A stretch of 64,000 nucleotides of DNA, from assembly GCF_988242995.1 (NCBI RefSeq), contig NZ_OZ547043.1, one strand, 5' to 3'. Numbering within the stretch: the stretch's first letter is position 1; every line of letters begins with the position of its first letter. Under the pieces are notes generated by a model. That model saw only the letters and a list, made by a program, of their open reading frames with translations, had not been told where the DNA came from and did not search any database. Shown in pieces: positions 42,925 to 53,380 of this stretch. The position numbers were made by a program, and so were the translations under genes.

Positions 42925-45542
42925 TATGCAAGCCTCACAATATAGTTAAATGCGATGTTTTTTACGGTATTTTCTGTATTACCTGTAGCATTAACGGTAA
43001 TAGAGTGCCCGTGTGAGCCAATAGCAACCGTGTGTGAATGTGCACCAATACCAACAGTATGGTTATGTGCTCCAATGTCGACTGTATGTGCATGATTGCC
43101 TGATGAACTTGTAGTCGTAGCACCTTTATCACTTCGCGGAACACCATAATCTGCACCGCCTGATTGCACGCTCACAGCAAAACCGACGGTATGTGTATGA
43201 TTGCCAGAAGTATTGGTTGATTTTGTGCCGTGGTTAAACGTACTGACTGTTTTTGTCCCGTAATCAAATGAACTGGTTGTTTTCGTTCCCAAATCCGTAT
43301 TTGACGCACTGGCGCTGTGAGTATGCGATTTAATCCCGTCCTGTTCCTGTGACAATACGGCACGCCCACTGGCAGGTTTGCCCTTGATTGTCCAGCCGCG
43401 CATATCAGGAATAACACCTGAAGGATAGGCAACAGCCAGTTTCGGATATGCAGCCTTATCAAACGTCTGCCCCTGCATAATTGCATAGCCCGCAGGTGGT
43501 GTATCTGATGGCCACGGCAACGGAACACCTGGCGGAAACGCTTCAATATCTTTCGTCCCGTCAAACGTTACGCCATTAATCGCCCTTGCCGTTTTCAGCT
43601 TTGTAGCTGTAGCCGCATTGCCGGACAGTTCGCCTGAAAGACCGGCGCTGAAGGTTTGTTTCGCCGCCCATGTCTGAGCTTCGTCGATAATTGGCACACG
43701 TCTTGTCGTGATCGTGCGGCTTCCCGGATTTCCTGAAATACGCACCATAAAAAAGCGGTAGTTCGCTTTACTTACAGTGCTGCGCCATACATGCATTGAG
43801 CGCCCAGTACCGGAATCATCACTCGGACCAACTGCGATGTTTATCAGGTTGCCATCAATGACGCCCCAGTCCATACCGTCGGGAATATTGGTCATGTTAT
43901 CAAGCCGAACGGTTATCAGACTGCCCGGCACAAAGTCGTGGGTCTGCCAGTCCAGGCTGGTGAGTTTTGCCACTGCACCGCCGATACCCAGATTCAGGGG
44001 AAGTGAATACGAGGTGTAGACTTCCCGCCATTCGCTCCACGAGCTGCCGGTATAGACGCGCTCAAACGTGCGACCTTTAAGGGTTGCACCTGTTCCGGCA
44101 GTTGTATAACGCTGCCATACGTTAACACCATCAAAGCGCCTCAACACTTCCAGAATACCGAGGACTGTCACGCCGTTTCCGTCCAGTATTGGACCGTTGG
44201 TCGCTTTACCTGTAACGCTGTAAATACCTGGTGAAGTCACATCATTCAAATCCCCGTCGTAATAACGACTCTCTGACTGATGACCGACTCTTAACCACGG
44301 TTCCCACTGCGGATTTGATGCATCCCAGCTTGCCGCAAGGCAGCGGACATACATATTTCCACGGCGAGTGGTATAACGTTGCGTTCTTCCATAATTCCCG
44401 CCTTCGAGGATCTCAAGCGTCCCCTGAGCAAAGCCGCCTTCCTCTGGATAATTGCGTTCATATGAAGCTATAGCCGAGCTACTGTTACGCCATAAACCAA
44501 GATGTTCGGCGGCTCCAAGCGTATTCAGGTCTATAGTCGTACTCAAAGGGCGGGTAGCTGATTGAGTGTGACGCCATACGCCCCATGGACCATCAGTACC
44601 ATTCCACTGATTGGCGAGTTTACGCATGTATACATTGCCGTCTCTCGTGATAAAGCGTTGCGTGCCTGCAAAATTGCCGGCAGCAAAAACCTCAAGCACA
44701 CCGACAGCATTATCTTCCGGGAAATTTTTCTCCAGTGTTGCGTTAGTTGAGGTAGCTTTAGACCAGATCCCCAGATAAGCCTTAACGGGACCAAATGTAT
44801 TCAGATCAGCATCAACCGGCATTTCGCCGTTGTTTTTCATAAACGTCAGGCTGGTAACGCCAACATTGTCCAGAAAAGCGTCCTTATCTGGAATATCGCC
44901 ACCGTTCTGGTCTTTCTGCAGACGTTTCTCAGCATTGTCATAGGCTGCTTTTACTGCCTTTGGCGTTGCCGCCAGCTTTTCACTGGTGCTGTTTGTTGCA
45001 CTGCTTAACTGAGTAAAACCTTTTTCTGTCAGCGTGGCGTCAGGATGGCGGCGGGACTGCTCATGCTCTGCGATTTTGTCATCGACGTAATCCTGCGTCG
45101 CCATCACCGTGCTGGCATCAATACTCAGCTCAACGGACGCCACGTTGCTGAGAATAATAACCATGCGGCAGGTCTGCGCACGTCCGGAGCCTTCAGCCAG
45201 TTCTGGCTTATAGCTTTCTGCCATGTTGGATACCGCAATCAGTGTTCCGGCATCGTCATACAGACCAAGCTCACGCATCCAGAAGCCGCCCACTTCGGGC
45301 GGTACAACCAGTTCAGCCACGATATAGTTTTTATTCTTGTTATCCACGCTGACTTTATTCAGAGCGTGACGCCAGACCTCATGCACCAGTTTCGTCTGAC
45401 CGGCATCCGGCACCGGCAATTTGCCATTACCGTCACCCACGGCCATTGCAGACAGGTTTACTTTTTTCCCGCCGGGGACAGTGGCGGCTGCCAGCTTTGC
45501 GGCTCCGGCAGTAGTGATAACGGTTTTAAATTTCGTGCTCAT
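42924..45542 (-). CDS. H: Tail fiber protein gpH, mosaic, with His-box-rich C-terminal receptor-binding region
   Basis: 872-aa ORF; P2 H-like N-terminus ([40 protein letters not shown]...); C-terminal repeated GNHxHTV/GxHxH motifs. Confidence 0.85.
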   Translation of the reverse strand: MSTKFKTVITTAGAAKLAAATVPGGKKVNLSAMAVGDGNGKLPVPDAGQTKLVHEVWRHALNKVSVDNKNKNYIVAELVVPPEVGGFWMRELGLYDDAGTLIAVSNMAESYKPELAEGSGRAQTCRMVIILSNVASVELSIDASTVMATQDYVDDKIAEHEQSRRHPDATLTEKGFTQLSSATNSTSEKLAATPKAVKAAYDNAEKRLQKDQNGGDIPDKDAFLDNVGVTSLTFMKNNGEMPVDADLNTFGPVKAYLGIWSKATSTNATLEKNFPEDNAVGVLEVFAAGNFAGTQRFITRDGNVYMRKLANQWNGTDGPWGVWRHTQSATRPLSTTIDLNTLGAAEHLGLWRNSSSAIASYERNYPEEGGFAQGTLEILEGGNYGRTQRYTTRRGNMYVRCLAASWDASNPQWEPWLRVGHQSESRYYDGDLNDVTSPGIYSVTGKATNGPILDGNGVTVLGILEVLRRFDGVNVWQRYTTAGTGATLKGRTFERVYTGSSWSEWREVYTSYSLPLNLGIGGAVAKLTSLDWQTHDFVPGSLITVRLDNMTNIPDGMDWGVIDGNLINIAVGPSDDSGTGRSMHVWRSTVSKANYRFFMVRISGNPGSRTITTRRVPIIDEAQTWAAKQTFSAGLSGELSGNAATATKLKTARAINGVTFDGTKDIEAFPPGVPLPWPSDTPPAGYAIMQGQTFDKAAYPKLAVAYPSGVIPDMRGWTIKGKPASGRAVLSQEQDGIKSHTHSASASNTDLGTKTTSSFDYGTKTVSTFNHGTKSTNTSGNHTHTVGFAVSVQSGGADYGVPRSDKGATTTSSSGNHAHTVDIGAHNHTVGIGAHSHTVAIGSHGHSITVNATGNTENTVKNIAFNYIVRLA

Positions 45543-45552
45543 TGTTTCTCAC

Positions 45553-46083
45553 TTATCCGGGATAAACAGTAATAACATCACCATCACAGACCACACCGCC
45601 TGTATACAGATAGCCGGGAATGTCCTGGATAATGTTCAGGCCGATAAGGTGGCGACTTGCGGGTTTGGCATCGGCAATCAGCCGTTCCATTTCCAGATAC
45701 ATCTCCTCCGTGATACCGCTTTCCAGCACACCGATATCAAGGCGAAAGGTTCCGGGCGGGTCGTTTGTCTCCCACCATTCCTTTACGTTAATGAGATAGC
45801 CGAGCGGCTCCACCACACGCCGGATTGCGCCGACAGTGCCTTTATGACAATGAATGAAATACGCATCGCGGATAACGGCGCGTTTTGTCGCTTCCGGCCA
45901 CTTTTCATCCCACCTGTCGACCGAAAACGCCCACGCCAGCCACGGCAGCAGATTTGCCGGACAGGTATCCGGGTTCCACAGCTCACGAATACTGACCGGC
46001 GTTTTTTCAATTTCCGCACAGGCTTTTGCGGCAGCAACTTCAAGCGGTGATGAGCCGGTCGGCAGCAGTCGCGAATCACTCAT
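45553..46083 (-). CDS. I: Baseplate protein gpI
   Basis: 176-aa ORF between J and H. Confidence 0.85.
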   Translation of the reverse strand: MSDSRLLPTGSSPLEVAAAKACAEIEKTPVSIRELWNPDTCPANLLPWLAWAFSVDRWDEKWPEATKRAVIRDAYFIHCHKGTVGAIRRVVEPLGYLINVKEWWETNDPPGTFRLDIGVLESGITEEMYLEMERLIADAKPASRHLIGLNIIQDIPGYLYTGGVVCDGDVITVYPG

Positions 46084-46984
46084 CCGAGCCTCCGGTCACG
46101 ACGCGGTATTCGGTACAGAAAGACGCCTGCGTACTGTTGAGCACGATGTCAGCCAGTGGTGCAGTCAGTTCGACACGCTGCACGCCTTCCACATGCAAAG
46201 CGGCATAAATGGCAGACAGACGGATGTCGCGCCCCAGCCGGTGCTGTGCCGTGATATACGCTTCCAGTTTTTTTACTGCGGCCGCGCGGATGGGTTCGCT
46301 TTCGGGACCAGGGTAAAGGTAAAGCGTGGCGTTTATCTGGTATTCAACGATGGCGGCAGACTGCACGGTCACGCGGTCGGCCACCGGCCTGACATCCTCG
46401 CCATTAAGGGCGTTACGTACCACAGCCAGCAGGTCTTCGGATGCCACACCGTTATTCTCACGTGACAGCACAGAGATGGTGACGCAGGCCGGAGACGGAC
46501 TGGTGACAGAGATATCCGCGACACGCCCGTCGGCACTGCGGCCATGATACTGATAGGCACCCACCGACCCGGCGACGCTTAAACCTTCAAACGCCTGCTG
46601 AATACGCAGACGATAATCGGTGTCAGATTCCATCACTGCCGGTGTCGGCGGGAGGGTCGAATCATCTGCCGGGGTGATAATCAGGCGCGTGGTGTTGTAA
46701 TTGGCACCAATCACATCAAGGTCATTACCGGCTGCACAGGCCAGCATCACCGCCCGTGCAGCCTCATTCACACGCTGACGCCAGATAAGCTCACGATAAG
46801 CATTTTCCTCCAGCAGTTTGACGAGAGGCTCAGATTCCAGCGTCAGGGTACGGGCGACCGCCTCCTGCTGGTCTTCCGGGTAAAGGGAAATCAGTGTCGC
46901 CTTGCGTTCGGCGAGAATGGTTTCAAAGTCCAGCTCCTCGACCACATCCGGTGCGGGTAGCTGGTTCAGGTCGATAATCGGCAT
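46076..46984 (-). CDS. J: Baseplate wedge protein gpJ
   Basis: 302-aa ORF overlapping the W and I boundaries. Confidence 0.85.
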   Translation of the reverse strand: MPIIDLNQLPAPDVVEELDFETILAERKATLISLYPEDQQEAVARTLTLESEPLVKLLEENAYRELIWRQRVNEAARAVMLACAAGNDLDVIGANYNTTRLIITPADDSTLPPTPAVMESDTDYRLRIQQAFEGLSVAGSVGAYQYHGRSADGRVADISVTSPSPACVTISVLSRENNGVASEDLLAVVRNALNGEDVRPVADRVTVQSAAIVEYQINATLYLYPGPESEPIRAAAVKKLEAYITAQHRLGRDIRLSAIYAALHVEGVQRVELTAPLADIVLNSTQASFCTEYRVVTGGSDE

Positions 46985-46988
46985 GGTT

Positions 46989-47336
46989 TCAACTCACAGG
47001 GATGGTTAACGAAAGTGGCTGGCCGGTGTCGTTGTGCTGGCCGGTTAACGTGACCGTCATTCGCCCGTCAAAACTGCGCGCCGTGGTGACAGATGACAGC
47101 GTGACGCGGGGTTCCCATTTCAGCACCGCCATGTAACAGGCGACCTTAATCTGCAACTCAAGCGCCGGGGTCTGCGGCTGGTCAATCATTGACGCCAGCA
47201 ACGAGCCGTAATCACGACGCATCACCCGTGAGCCGACCGGTGTGCGCAGGATATCGCCGATACTCTGGCTGATATGCTCAAGGTCAGTGACAGTCAGGCC
47301 ATCACTGCGATTCATTCCGAGATAACGCGCTGTCAT
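46989..47336 (-). CDS. W: Baseplate protein gpW (gp25-like)
   Basis: 115-aa ORF, conserved position. Confidence 0.85.
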   Translation of the reverse strand: MTARYLGMNRSDGLTVTDLEHISQSIGDILRTPVGSRVMRRDYGSLLASMIDQPQTPALELQIKVACYMAVLKWEPRVTLSSVTTARSFDGRMTVTLTGQHNDTGQPLSLTIPVS

Positions 47337-47968
47337 AGAGGGCTCCCGGTTGTGCCGCCGCTGTCGCCGGGGTGTTTATGGGTATGCAGTACCTTACCGT
47401 TTGATGAGAGTTCACCGCCGGTGTGTTCAATGTTGCCGCGCATCGTCCCGCCCTTCTGCACTTCCAGCGTGCCGGTAATCAGCCTGTTGGTGCAGACCAC
47501 CTCCGGTGTGTCCAGGGTGACGCGGGTTGATGCTTTCACCATGACCACCGGCACCGTGGCAGTAACAGAATCAGAAGCCGTCACGCTGGCCGTTTTAATT
47601 CCGCTTACCGTGAGTGCACTGGTTTCAGGTTCATATTCAATCACCGCCCCGTCAGGGAAACGGATATGCAGGGCATCCGCCGACGCAGACGGCGCGGGGT
47701 TATTGCCGGAATAAATCCCCGGCAGAACGAACGCCGTGTCGAGTTCACCGCCCACGGCCAGAATCAGCACCTGCTCCCCCACGGAAGGTGCCCACCATGT
47801 GCGCGAACGACCGGCACGATGGGTCAGCCACTGAAGCCAGTCAGTGCACATGCCGCCGGTCTGCACACGGCAGCGACCGGCGTTAAGGTCGGTTTCGACG
47901 ACAAGGCCGGTGCGGATCATGTTGCGCAGTGCGCGCGCGATTTCCTGAATATTTGCGAGAGTGTTCAT
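47333..47968 (-). CDS. V: Baseplate spike protein gpV
   Basis: 211-aa ORF beginning MNTLANIQEIARALRNMIRTGLV. Confidence 0.85.
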   Translation of the reverse strand: MNTLANIQEIARALRNMIRTGLVVETDLNAGRCRVQTGGMCTDWLQWLTHRAGRSRTWWAPSVGEQVLILAVGGELDTAFVLPGIYSGNNPAPSASADALHIRFPDGAVIEYEPETSALTVSGIKTASVTASDSVTATVPVVMVKASTRVTLDTPEVVCTNRLITGTLEVQKGGTMRGNIEHTGGELSSNGKVLHTHKHPGDSGGTTGSPL

Positions 47969-48034
47969 AACGGGAAGGATGCCGCCGGGTCATACCGGCG
48001 GCAATGTGACGATGAGGTGTCGGGAATGGCACAA

Positions 48035-48487
48035 CTAACGGTCGAGGTGAGCCAGGATAATCTCTTCAATCATCTGTACATCCTCACCGGTGAAGCCGAG
48101 CAGAGGGCGCGCCGGATAATCAATTTTCTTACCGTCTTTCCGGTTTTCTTCCGACAGACCGAACTGATGCACACTGGCGATTTTCGGTGACTTCCCGCCG
48201 TAAAACTCCATTGATGCCTGTTCCGGGCTGGCGCGGATATGCAAAAAACGACTGGTGATAAGTTTCGCAAACATTTTTCGCTTAACACGACCGGTCTTTT
48301 TTCTGGCGCTCTGCTGCTGGCGTGGCGCATAGGGTGTGCCGTCCGGGGCTTTCTGTGCCATCACCCGACGCTGCTGACTCTGTCGCAGACGTTTTGCCAG
48401 TTCGGCACTCAGTCGCCGACGCCCTGATGGTGACAGTGATTCAATCAGCCCGGTCAGCCGGTCTTCAAAACGCTTAAACTCATTCAT
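48035..48487 (-). CDS. S: Tail completion protein gpS
   Basis: 150-aa ORF, conserved position. Confidence 0.8.
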   Translation of the reverse strand: MNEFKRFEDRLTGLIESLSPSGRRRLSAELAKRLRQSQQRRVMAQKAPDGTPYAPRQQQSARKKTGRVKRKMFAKLITSRFLHIRASPEQASMEFYGGKSPKIASVHQFGLSEENRKDGKKIDYPARPLLGFTGEDVQMIEEIILAHLDR

Positions 48488-48947
48488 CCCACTTGCTCAC
48501 CAGTTCGCCATTGATATAAAGCTCCATCGGGCGGGTGACCGGCTCCGGCGGCGGAGGTTCCGGGATATTCTTCACATGCAGTGCGCCGTCCACCTCACTG
48601 ACCAGCGTGCGCTCGGTCAGCATCAGGCTGATGCTGATATCAAAGCTGCTGTCATTGTTGATGTCCGCATAAAACGTGAAGCCCTTTTTCTGGCCTTCGT
48701 CGGTGGTCATGATGTCGGGCTGATTTTCCCGCAGCCACGCCAGCACCGGCACGATGAGCAGGTCAAAATCACCGGTAAAGTCGGTCACAATGACATTGAG
48801 CGTGTAACGCTTTTCGAATGACAGCGACGTCGCCAGTGTGGAGGCAATACTCCCGTTATCCACGAATATCCGCAGCATCTCTGGACTGGTTTTCAGCACC
48901 GTGACGGCATCAGTCAGCGCCCTGCGCAGGCTGTCGGGTTTGAGCAT
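48480..48947 (-). CDS. R: Tail completion protein gpR
   Basis: 155-aa ORF, conserved position. Confidence 0.8.
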   Translation of the reverse strand: MLKPDSLRRALTDAVTVLKTSPEMLRIFVDNGSIASTLATSLSFEKRYTLNVIVTDFTGDFDLLIVPVLAWLRENQPDIMTTDEGQKKGFTFYADINNDSSFDISISLMLTERTLVSEVDGALHVKNIPEPPPPEPVTRPMELYINGELVSKWDE

Positions 48948-49200
48948 CGTTTTCGTCCTGACAGTGTTTAATCATTTTTACCTGGCTGGCACAGCGTGCC
49001 AGCGCGTTCTCAAGCTGCCGGATATCGGCACTTAAATCGCCGTTCTTCTGCGGGTCACTGCCCGGCATCGGGCAAAGACTCACTTTCGGGCAGGCGTTGT
49101 GGACAATCACTGGCGTCGGCGCAGGCCGGGCGCTGGTGCAACCGGCGCACAGCATCAGGCAGGTCAGCACCGTACCAGCGGCGGAAATCTTCGTTTTCAT
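48910..49200 (-). CDS. lysC: LysC (Rz1-like outer-membrane lipoprotein spanin component), nested out of frame in lysB
   Basis: Start at ATG 49200 (MKTKISAAGTVLTCLMLCAGCTS..., lipobox LCAGC), about 96 aa; overlaps lysB in another frame. Confidence 0.7.
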   Translation of the reverse strand: MKTKISAAGTVLTCLMLCAGCTSARPAPTPVIVHNACPKVSLCPMPGSDPQKNGDLSADIRQLENALARCASQVKMIKHCQDENDAQTRQPAQGAD

Positions 49201-49480
49201 TAAGTAACCTCGTGATGGTTTTCTCGCGCAGTGCTTCACGCTTCGCGGCGTTCTCCAGTTCCTGACGCAGTGCCACCTGCGCCAGCTCGTTTTTGTCTGC
49301 CCTGGTGAGGGCAACATGAAGCTGGTTTTTCAGCATGGTGATGGTCGTCTGCTGTTCACTGGCGACGTTGTTCACCCTGTCCAGCGAGGCGCGCAGGCTG
49401 GCGTTTTCATGCTTCGCCAGAAACAGCCCCGCCACCGCCAGCGATAACAACACAACCAGCACAATCATCAGCTTTGACAT
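49055..49480 (-). CDS. lysB: LysB (Rz-like inner-membrane spanin component)
   Basis: 141-aa ORF with N-terminal TM segment (MSKLMIVLVVLLSLAVAGLFLA) and coiled-coil periplasmic region. Confidence 0.8.
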   Translation of the reverse strand: MSKLMIVLVVLLSLAVAGLFLAKHENASLRASLDRVNNVASEQQTTITMLKNQLHVALTRADKNELAQVALRQELENAAKREALREKTITRLLNENEDFRRWYGADLPDAVRRLHQRPACADASDCPQRLPESESLPDAGQ

Positions 49481-49893
49481 GGTTCCCGCCCCTCAAGACG
49501 TTGACGGCAGGCCGTACGTATCAGCCGGAAGAACACCGACGCCACGAGATAAATCAGCGCGGTAAAAATCCACCCGGCAGCGACCAGCGAGATAAATGTC
49601 GCCACCATCACCACCAGAGCCGCCGCCCGTCTGCACCACGGCACCGGCTGCAAAAACAGCGACATGACAATCTTCACGGCCAGCGACTCCGGTGGCAGCT
49701 CCCACCCGTAGCGTTCCAGCGCATACTCAGTGGCATAAACGCCGACACCACCGGCAACCACACAGATAACCGTCGCCAGAATCGCCCAGGCAGCGACAAA
49801 ATTGACGGCCACGCTCTGCGGGTAAATCAGGGACAGTGCCAGCATCAGCGCCAGCGACACGTGCAGCATCAGTGAAAGGGATAATTTCTTCAT
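49468..49893 (-). CDS. lysA: LysA (membrane protein, lysis timing)
   Basis: 141-aa hydrophobic ORF between K and lysB. Confidence 0.75.
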   Translation of the reverse strand: MKKLSLSLMLHVSLALMLALSLIYPQSVAVNFVAAWAILATVICVVAGGVGVYATEYALERYGWELPPESLAVKIVMSLFLQPVPWCRRAAALVVMVATFISLVAAGWIFTALIYLVASVFFRLIRTACRQRLEGREPCQS

Positions 49894-49907
49894 GGTGTTT
49901 ACTCCGT

Positions 49908-50405
49908 TTAAGCCGGTACGCCGCCAGCGGTACGCCAGACGGTGACCAGTTTTTCCAGTGAATGCTCACGCTGACCGTAACCGGCACCCGGCAGGGACGC
50001 CCAGATATTGCGACAGCGTGAAATGGCGCGCTCAATGCGTCCCGCCCGGATGTCATCCAGTGCACCGCGTTCGCGGATCAACTGAATGGCGAGTCTGTCC
50101 TGCGACAACGGACTGAAATCCGGCAGGGCAAGCTGTTTGCGGTAGTGCGGCCAGAACAGGTAAAGCTGCTGATAGCGACCGGAGGCCGTGGATTTTTCAC
50201 CGCGACGGTTAAACACCTTCGCCGGTCGGCCATGTGCGAACGGGTGGTCACTGTAGTCGGTGAAGATTTCCGGCTTCCCGTCCAGTCCGGTGACTATCAC
50301 GTCATAGCCCCGGTTTTTCGTCAGCGGGTGATTCGCCGTCCCTTCGGACACGGCCAGCATGTCGAGAAAGGCAGCGATATTCTGATGCGTGTTAATTACC
50401 GGCAT
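49908..50405 (-). CDS. K: Endolysin gpK
   Basis: 165-aa ORF downstream of holin Y. Confidence 0.85.
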   Translation of the reverse strand: MPVINTHQNIAAFLDMLAVSEGTANHPLTKNRGYDVIVTGLDGKPEIFTDYSDHPFAHGRPAKVFNRRGEKSTASGRYQQLYLFWPHYRKQLALPDFSPLSQDRLAIQLIRERGALDDIRAGRIERAISRCRNIWASLPGAGYGQREHSLEKLVTVWRTAGGVPA

Positions 50406-50686
50406 TACTGTTTCCCCCTGCCCTTAAAGCGGCGCTGAATGGCAATCTCAATCACCTGATAACCGGCGATACCCAGCATGGAGCCGATGCCGCACACCGC
50501 AGGCAGTGACAGGTCAGGAAACTGCACCAGAACAACACCGGCAACCATCGAGACAAAACCACCGAGCAACATGCGCCCGATAAACAGACGCGGGGTGATG
50601 GGTTCACCACCGGCAAGCACCTTGCCGACAACAATCAGCACCCCAATCATGAAAAGCGACAGGACGCTTTTTTCTTCTGCTGTCAT
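50405..50686 (-). CDS. Y: Holin gpY
   Basis: 93-aa ORF with TM segments and charged C-terminus (RRFKGRGKQ). Confidence 0.8.
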   Translation of the reverse strand: MTAEEKSVLSLFMIGVLIVVGKVLAGGEPITPRLFIGRMLLGGFVSMVAGVVLVQFPDLSLPAVCGIGSMLGIAGYQVIEIAIQRRFKGRGKQ

Positions 50687-50689
50687 GCG

Positions 50690-50893
50690 TTACTCCCACA
50701 GATTGACAGTTTCAGCCACGGGCGCGGTCTGAACGTCGGGCAGTTCGACGGCGGTGCTGTGCGGCAGCACCGCACCCAGTTCAGCCAGTCCCGGATTTGC
50801 GGCGAGCACGGCCTCAACCACGCCCTCAGTGCGCCCGTAATACCGGACACAAATGGCGTCGAGCGTGTCGCCCTGTAGCGCAAAGGTCTTCAT
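50690..50893 (-). CDS. X: Tail protein gpX
   Basis: ORF track 50690..50962; start at ATG 50893 (MKTFALQGDTLDAICVRYYGRTEGV...), giving 67 aa. Confidence 0.8.
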   Translation of the reverse strand: MKTFALQGDTLDAICVRYYGRTEGVVEAVLAANPGLAELGAVLPHSTAVELPDVQTAPVAETVNLWE

Positions 50894-51402
50894 CAGATTT
50901 GACTCACGATGCAGCGCGGCTTGTCCTGGATACGCGCCACCGCCCAGCGCATATCCCGCCACAGTTCATCAATGGTGCTGTCAATGCTGTCGGCCTTCTT
51001 GTCGCCTTTCGCACTGGCATCCACGCCGCGATAACGCTCATAAAGCGACGCGGTCGCCATCGCACACACGGCGCGCTCGTAGTAAAAAACTTTGATGCTT
51101 TCACCGTCGATATCGTCTGCCGGGACGTCAGCCAGACGCGTAAAACCGGCGGCAATTTTCTGTTCGCGGTACTCGTACAGCTCCGCATTCGTTTCAGCCA
51201 TGCCTGACTTGATGGCCTCACGCAGACGGGCGGGGGCGACGGTCTGCTCAAGGCGCATACGTTCCCGGACGCGCTTCGGGTCGATATCGGGAAAAAAGAA
51301 CGTGTTTTTAATCACCGGCTCGTCGCCTGCCGGTTGCGGGATGACCACCGTACCCTCACCGGACACGGGAGCCTCCTTTCGCGGAATAATCAGCGTCATC
51401 AT
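50893..51402 (-). CDS. L: Head completion protein gpL
   Basis: ORF track 50893..51462; start trimmed to 51402 (MMTLIIPRKEAPVSGEG...), giving 169 aa. Confidence 0.8.
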   Translation of the reverse strand: MMTLIIPRKEAPVSGEGTVVIPQPAGDEPVIKNTFFFPDIDPKRVRERMRLEQTVAPARLREAIKSGMAETNAELYEYREQKIAAGFTRLADVPADDIDGESIKVFYYERAVCAMATASLYERYRGVDASAKGDKKADSIDSTIDELWRDMRWAVARIQDKPRCIVSQI

Positions 51403-51501
51403 GACTACCTCTGAAAAGTCGGGCGGTGGACGCCGGTACAGTGTCAGGTGATTCACCCTCACTGACCGGCGTGCCGCCCTGGCGCGGGGCGCATTCGGTT
51501 G

Positions 51502-52245
51502 TTAACTGGCTTTCTTTTTCGGGCGTCCACGTTTTGCCGGTGTCACGCTCCGGGTCTTACGCGGGGTACGGGTGGCCGCTTTTGGCTGCGGCTCCGGCTT
51601 CGGTTTCAGCTCCCGCTCCAGTCGTTCAATCTCTTTTTTGACGCCTGCCTGACAGTCGAGCTGCGTCGCACGTTGCAGGTGAGCCAGCGCACCGGCGGCA
51701 TCACCACCGTCACGCAGAAACAGACCGGTGATTTTGTGCAGCTTTGCGCGCACTTCATCAGGCATGTCAGCCGTGGCGGTCAGTTCAAGGGTCTCCGTCA
51801 GCAGGCGGGTATCCACAGACTCACCGGCAGCGTGAGCGCGCATGGCCGCAAGCGCTACCTCCTCGGTGAACATGTACGGCGGGGTACGGCGGTGTTTACC
51901 CGGCATGGTCAGACCGTACTTCAGGGCATAACGGGCAATCTCCAGCGCACCGGCAATATCGCCGGTATCCAGACGCCACAGCATGACCGTCATCAGAATG
52001 TCATCCTGTGCACCTTTGCCCTGCTCCAGCACGCCGTTCACCCACGGCAACCAGAACGGCAGCAGTTCGCGTTTTTTCGCGGCCTTCAGCTCTTTTGAAT
52101 AAATCGCTTTCAGTGTGCGCTGGTCTGCGGCGAGCTTAACCAGCATCTGCTCATAGACAGTTGCATGTCGCAGCGGGGCGGCTTCCCGCTGCGCGGTCAT
52201 CGCTGCCGAGACCCGCATCATGTGGCGCTGTGCGGGACTCGTCAT
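51502..52245 (-). CDS. M: Terminase small (endonuclease) subunit gpM
   Basis: 247-aa ORF with basic C-terminus. Confidence 0.85.
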   Translation of the reverse strand: MTSPAQRHMMRVSAAMTAQREAAPLRHATVYEQMLVKLAADQRTLKAIYSKELKAAKKRELLPFWLPWVNGVLEQGKGAQDDILMTVMLWRLDTGDIAGALEIARYALKYGLTMPGKHRRTPPYMFTEEVALAAMRAHAAGESVDTRLLTETLELTATADMPDEVRAKLHKITGLFLRDGGDAAGALAHLQRATQLDCQAGVKKEIERLERELKPKPEPQPKAATRTPRKTRSVTPAKRGRPKKKAS

Positions 52246-52248
52246 CGG

Positions 52249-53322
52249 TTACGCTCCCGGCTCTGCGGTCGCTTTAGCCAGTGTGGAGAAATCACCGACC
52301 TTAATTTTTTCCACCAGACAACCGGCGGCGTAGTCTTCCACCACGTAATCAATGTTCATTGACTCGTAGTTCTCCACGCGGTCGAGTTTCGGGTTTTCCT
52401 CAATCACGCGGCGATGGCTGTCATCCATGTAGTAGATGGACAGGTTTTCCAGCTTTGTGATGAGCATCGCATCCGCCGGGAAGTACGGGACGCGTACCGC
52501 CGGCAGGTTACCGATGCGTTTCTGGCTGATGATGACGTCAGCGGCCAGCATTTCGCTGTTGTCCTGCTCCTTGTTGACGATGGGAAAATACTTGTCCGCC
52601 AGTAGCTGACGTCCCACAATCACCACAAGGTCAGGGTCTTCCTGATACCACGGCTCAATCAGGTTGTTGGTCGCATCCATCACCAGTGCGTCAAGGCTGG
52701 CATAATCACCGCCCTTACCCACGCGGATAACCTCAGAGGTCGTGCGGCCTTCCTCGTCAGTGACCTTGCTCATCACGCGCGCCGGGGCTTCATTGCGGTA
52801 TTTCTGCAGCCAGCCGACCGCCACATCCTGCAGCATCGGATTGCTGCTGCGGTCAGAGGTTTCTGCACGCTTCACGCCGTTAAAACCGGCCATAATGAAA
52901 TCAAGGGACTGGCGTTTGATAATGGCGTTACGGACACGGAGCTGGAAATCCTGATAACGCGCCCACAGGTCAAGCGTTTTGTAGCGGATATAAAAATCGA
53001 AGTTAATCTGGTCGCATTCGTACTTGTTTGACGCCAGCTTCGAGAAGTCCTTCGGCTGACGCTCGGTGCCACCGGCAGTGTCGGTGGTGCTGGCGATTGA
53101 GCCGGTGACACCAATACCAATTTTTTCCCCTTTCATTTCGCTGACCGGCACAATGTTGATGCGGGTCAGAAAATCAGAGGACTCCTGCATGGTGTTCATC
53201 AGGGTCTGGGTGACCGACGGTTCAACGGTGAATTTTTTCGACACATCACCGGCGTCGATGCCGTTCAGTTCGGCAACACGGGACAGGTAGGCATTAAATT
53301 TAAAGCGGGTTTCCTGGCGCAT
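52249..53322 (-). CDS. N: Major capsid protein gpN
   Basis: 357-aa ORF, conserved position. Confidence 0.9.
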   Translation of the reverse strand: MRQETRFKFNAYLSRVAELNGIDAGDVSKKFTVEPSVTQTLMNTMQESSDFLTRINIVPVSEMKGEKIGIGVTGSIASTTDTAGGTERQPKDFSKLASNKYECDQINFDFYIRYKTLDLWARYQDFQLRVRNAIIKRQSLDFIMAGFNGVKRAETSDRSSNPMLQDVAVGWLQKYRNEAPARVMSKVTDEEGRTTSEVIRVGKGGDYASLDALVMDATNNLIEPWYQEDPDLVVIVGRQLLADKYFPIVNKEQDNSEMLAADVIISQKRIGNLPAVRVPYFPADAMLITKLENLSIYYMDDSHRRVIEENPKLDRVENYESMNIDYVVEDYAAGCLVEKIKVGDFSTLAKATAEPGA

Positions 53323-53380
53323 AGTTTTTCCTGAAATTAAGGGTTAATCGTGAAGGTTTTCCCGGACTGACTGACGCCGG

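Noticed and set aside
42924-43210. Short repeated GNHxHTV-coding motifs that look like a micro-repeat array
   Set aside because: They lie in frame inside the tail fibre ORF and encode His-box repeats; a protein-level repeat, not a DNA element.
45045-46465. Long plus-strand ORFs (45045..45572, 45421..46050, 45854..46465) across H, I and J
   Set aside because: Antisense to the conserved P2 baseplate and tail fibre genes; spurious.
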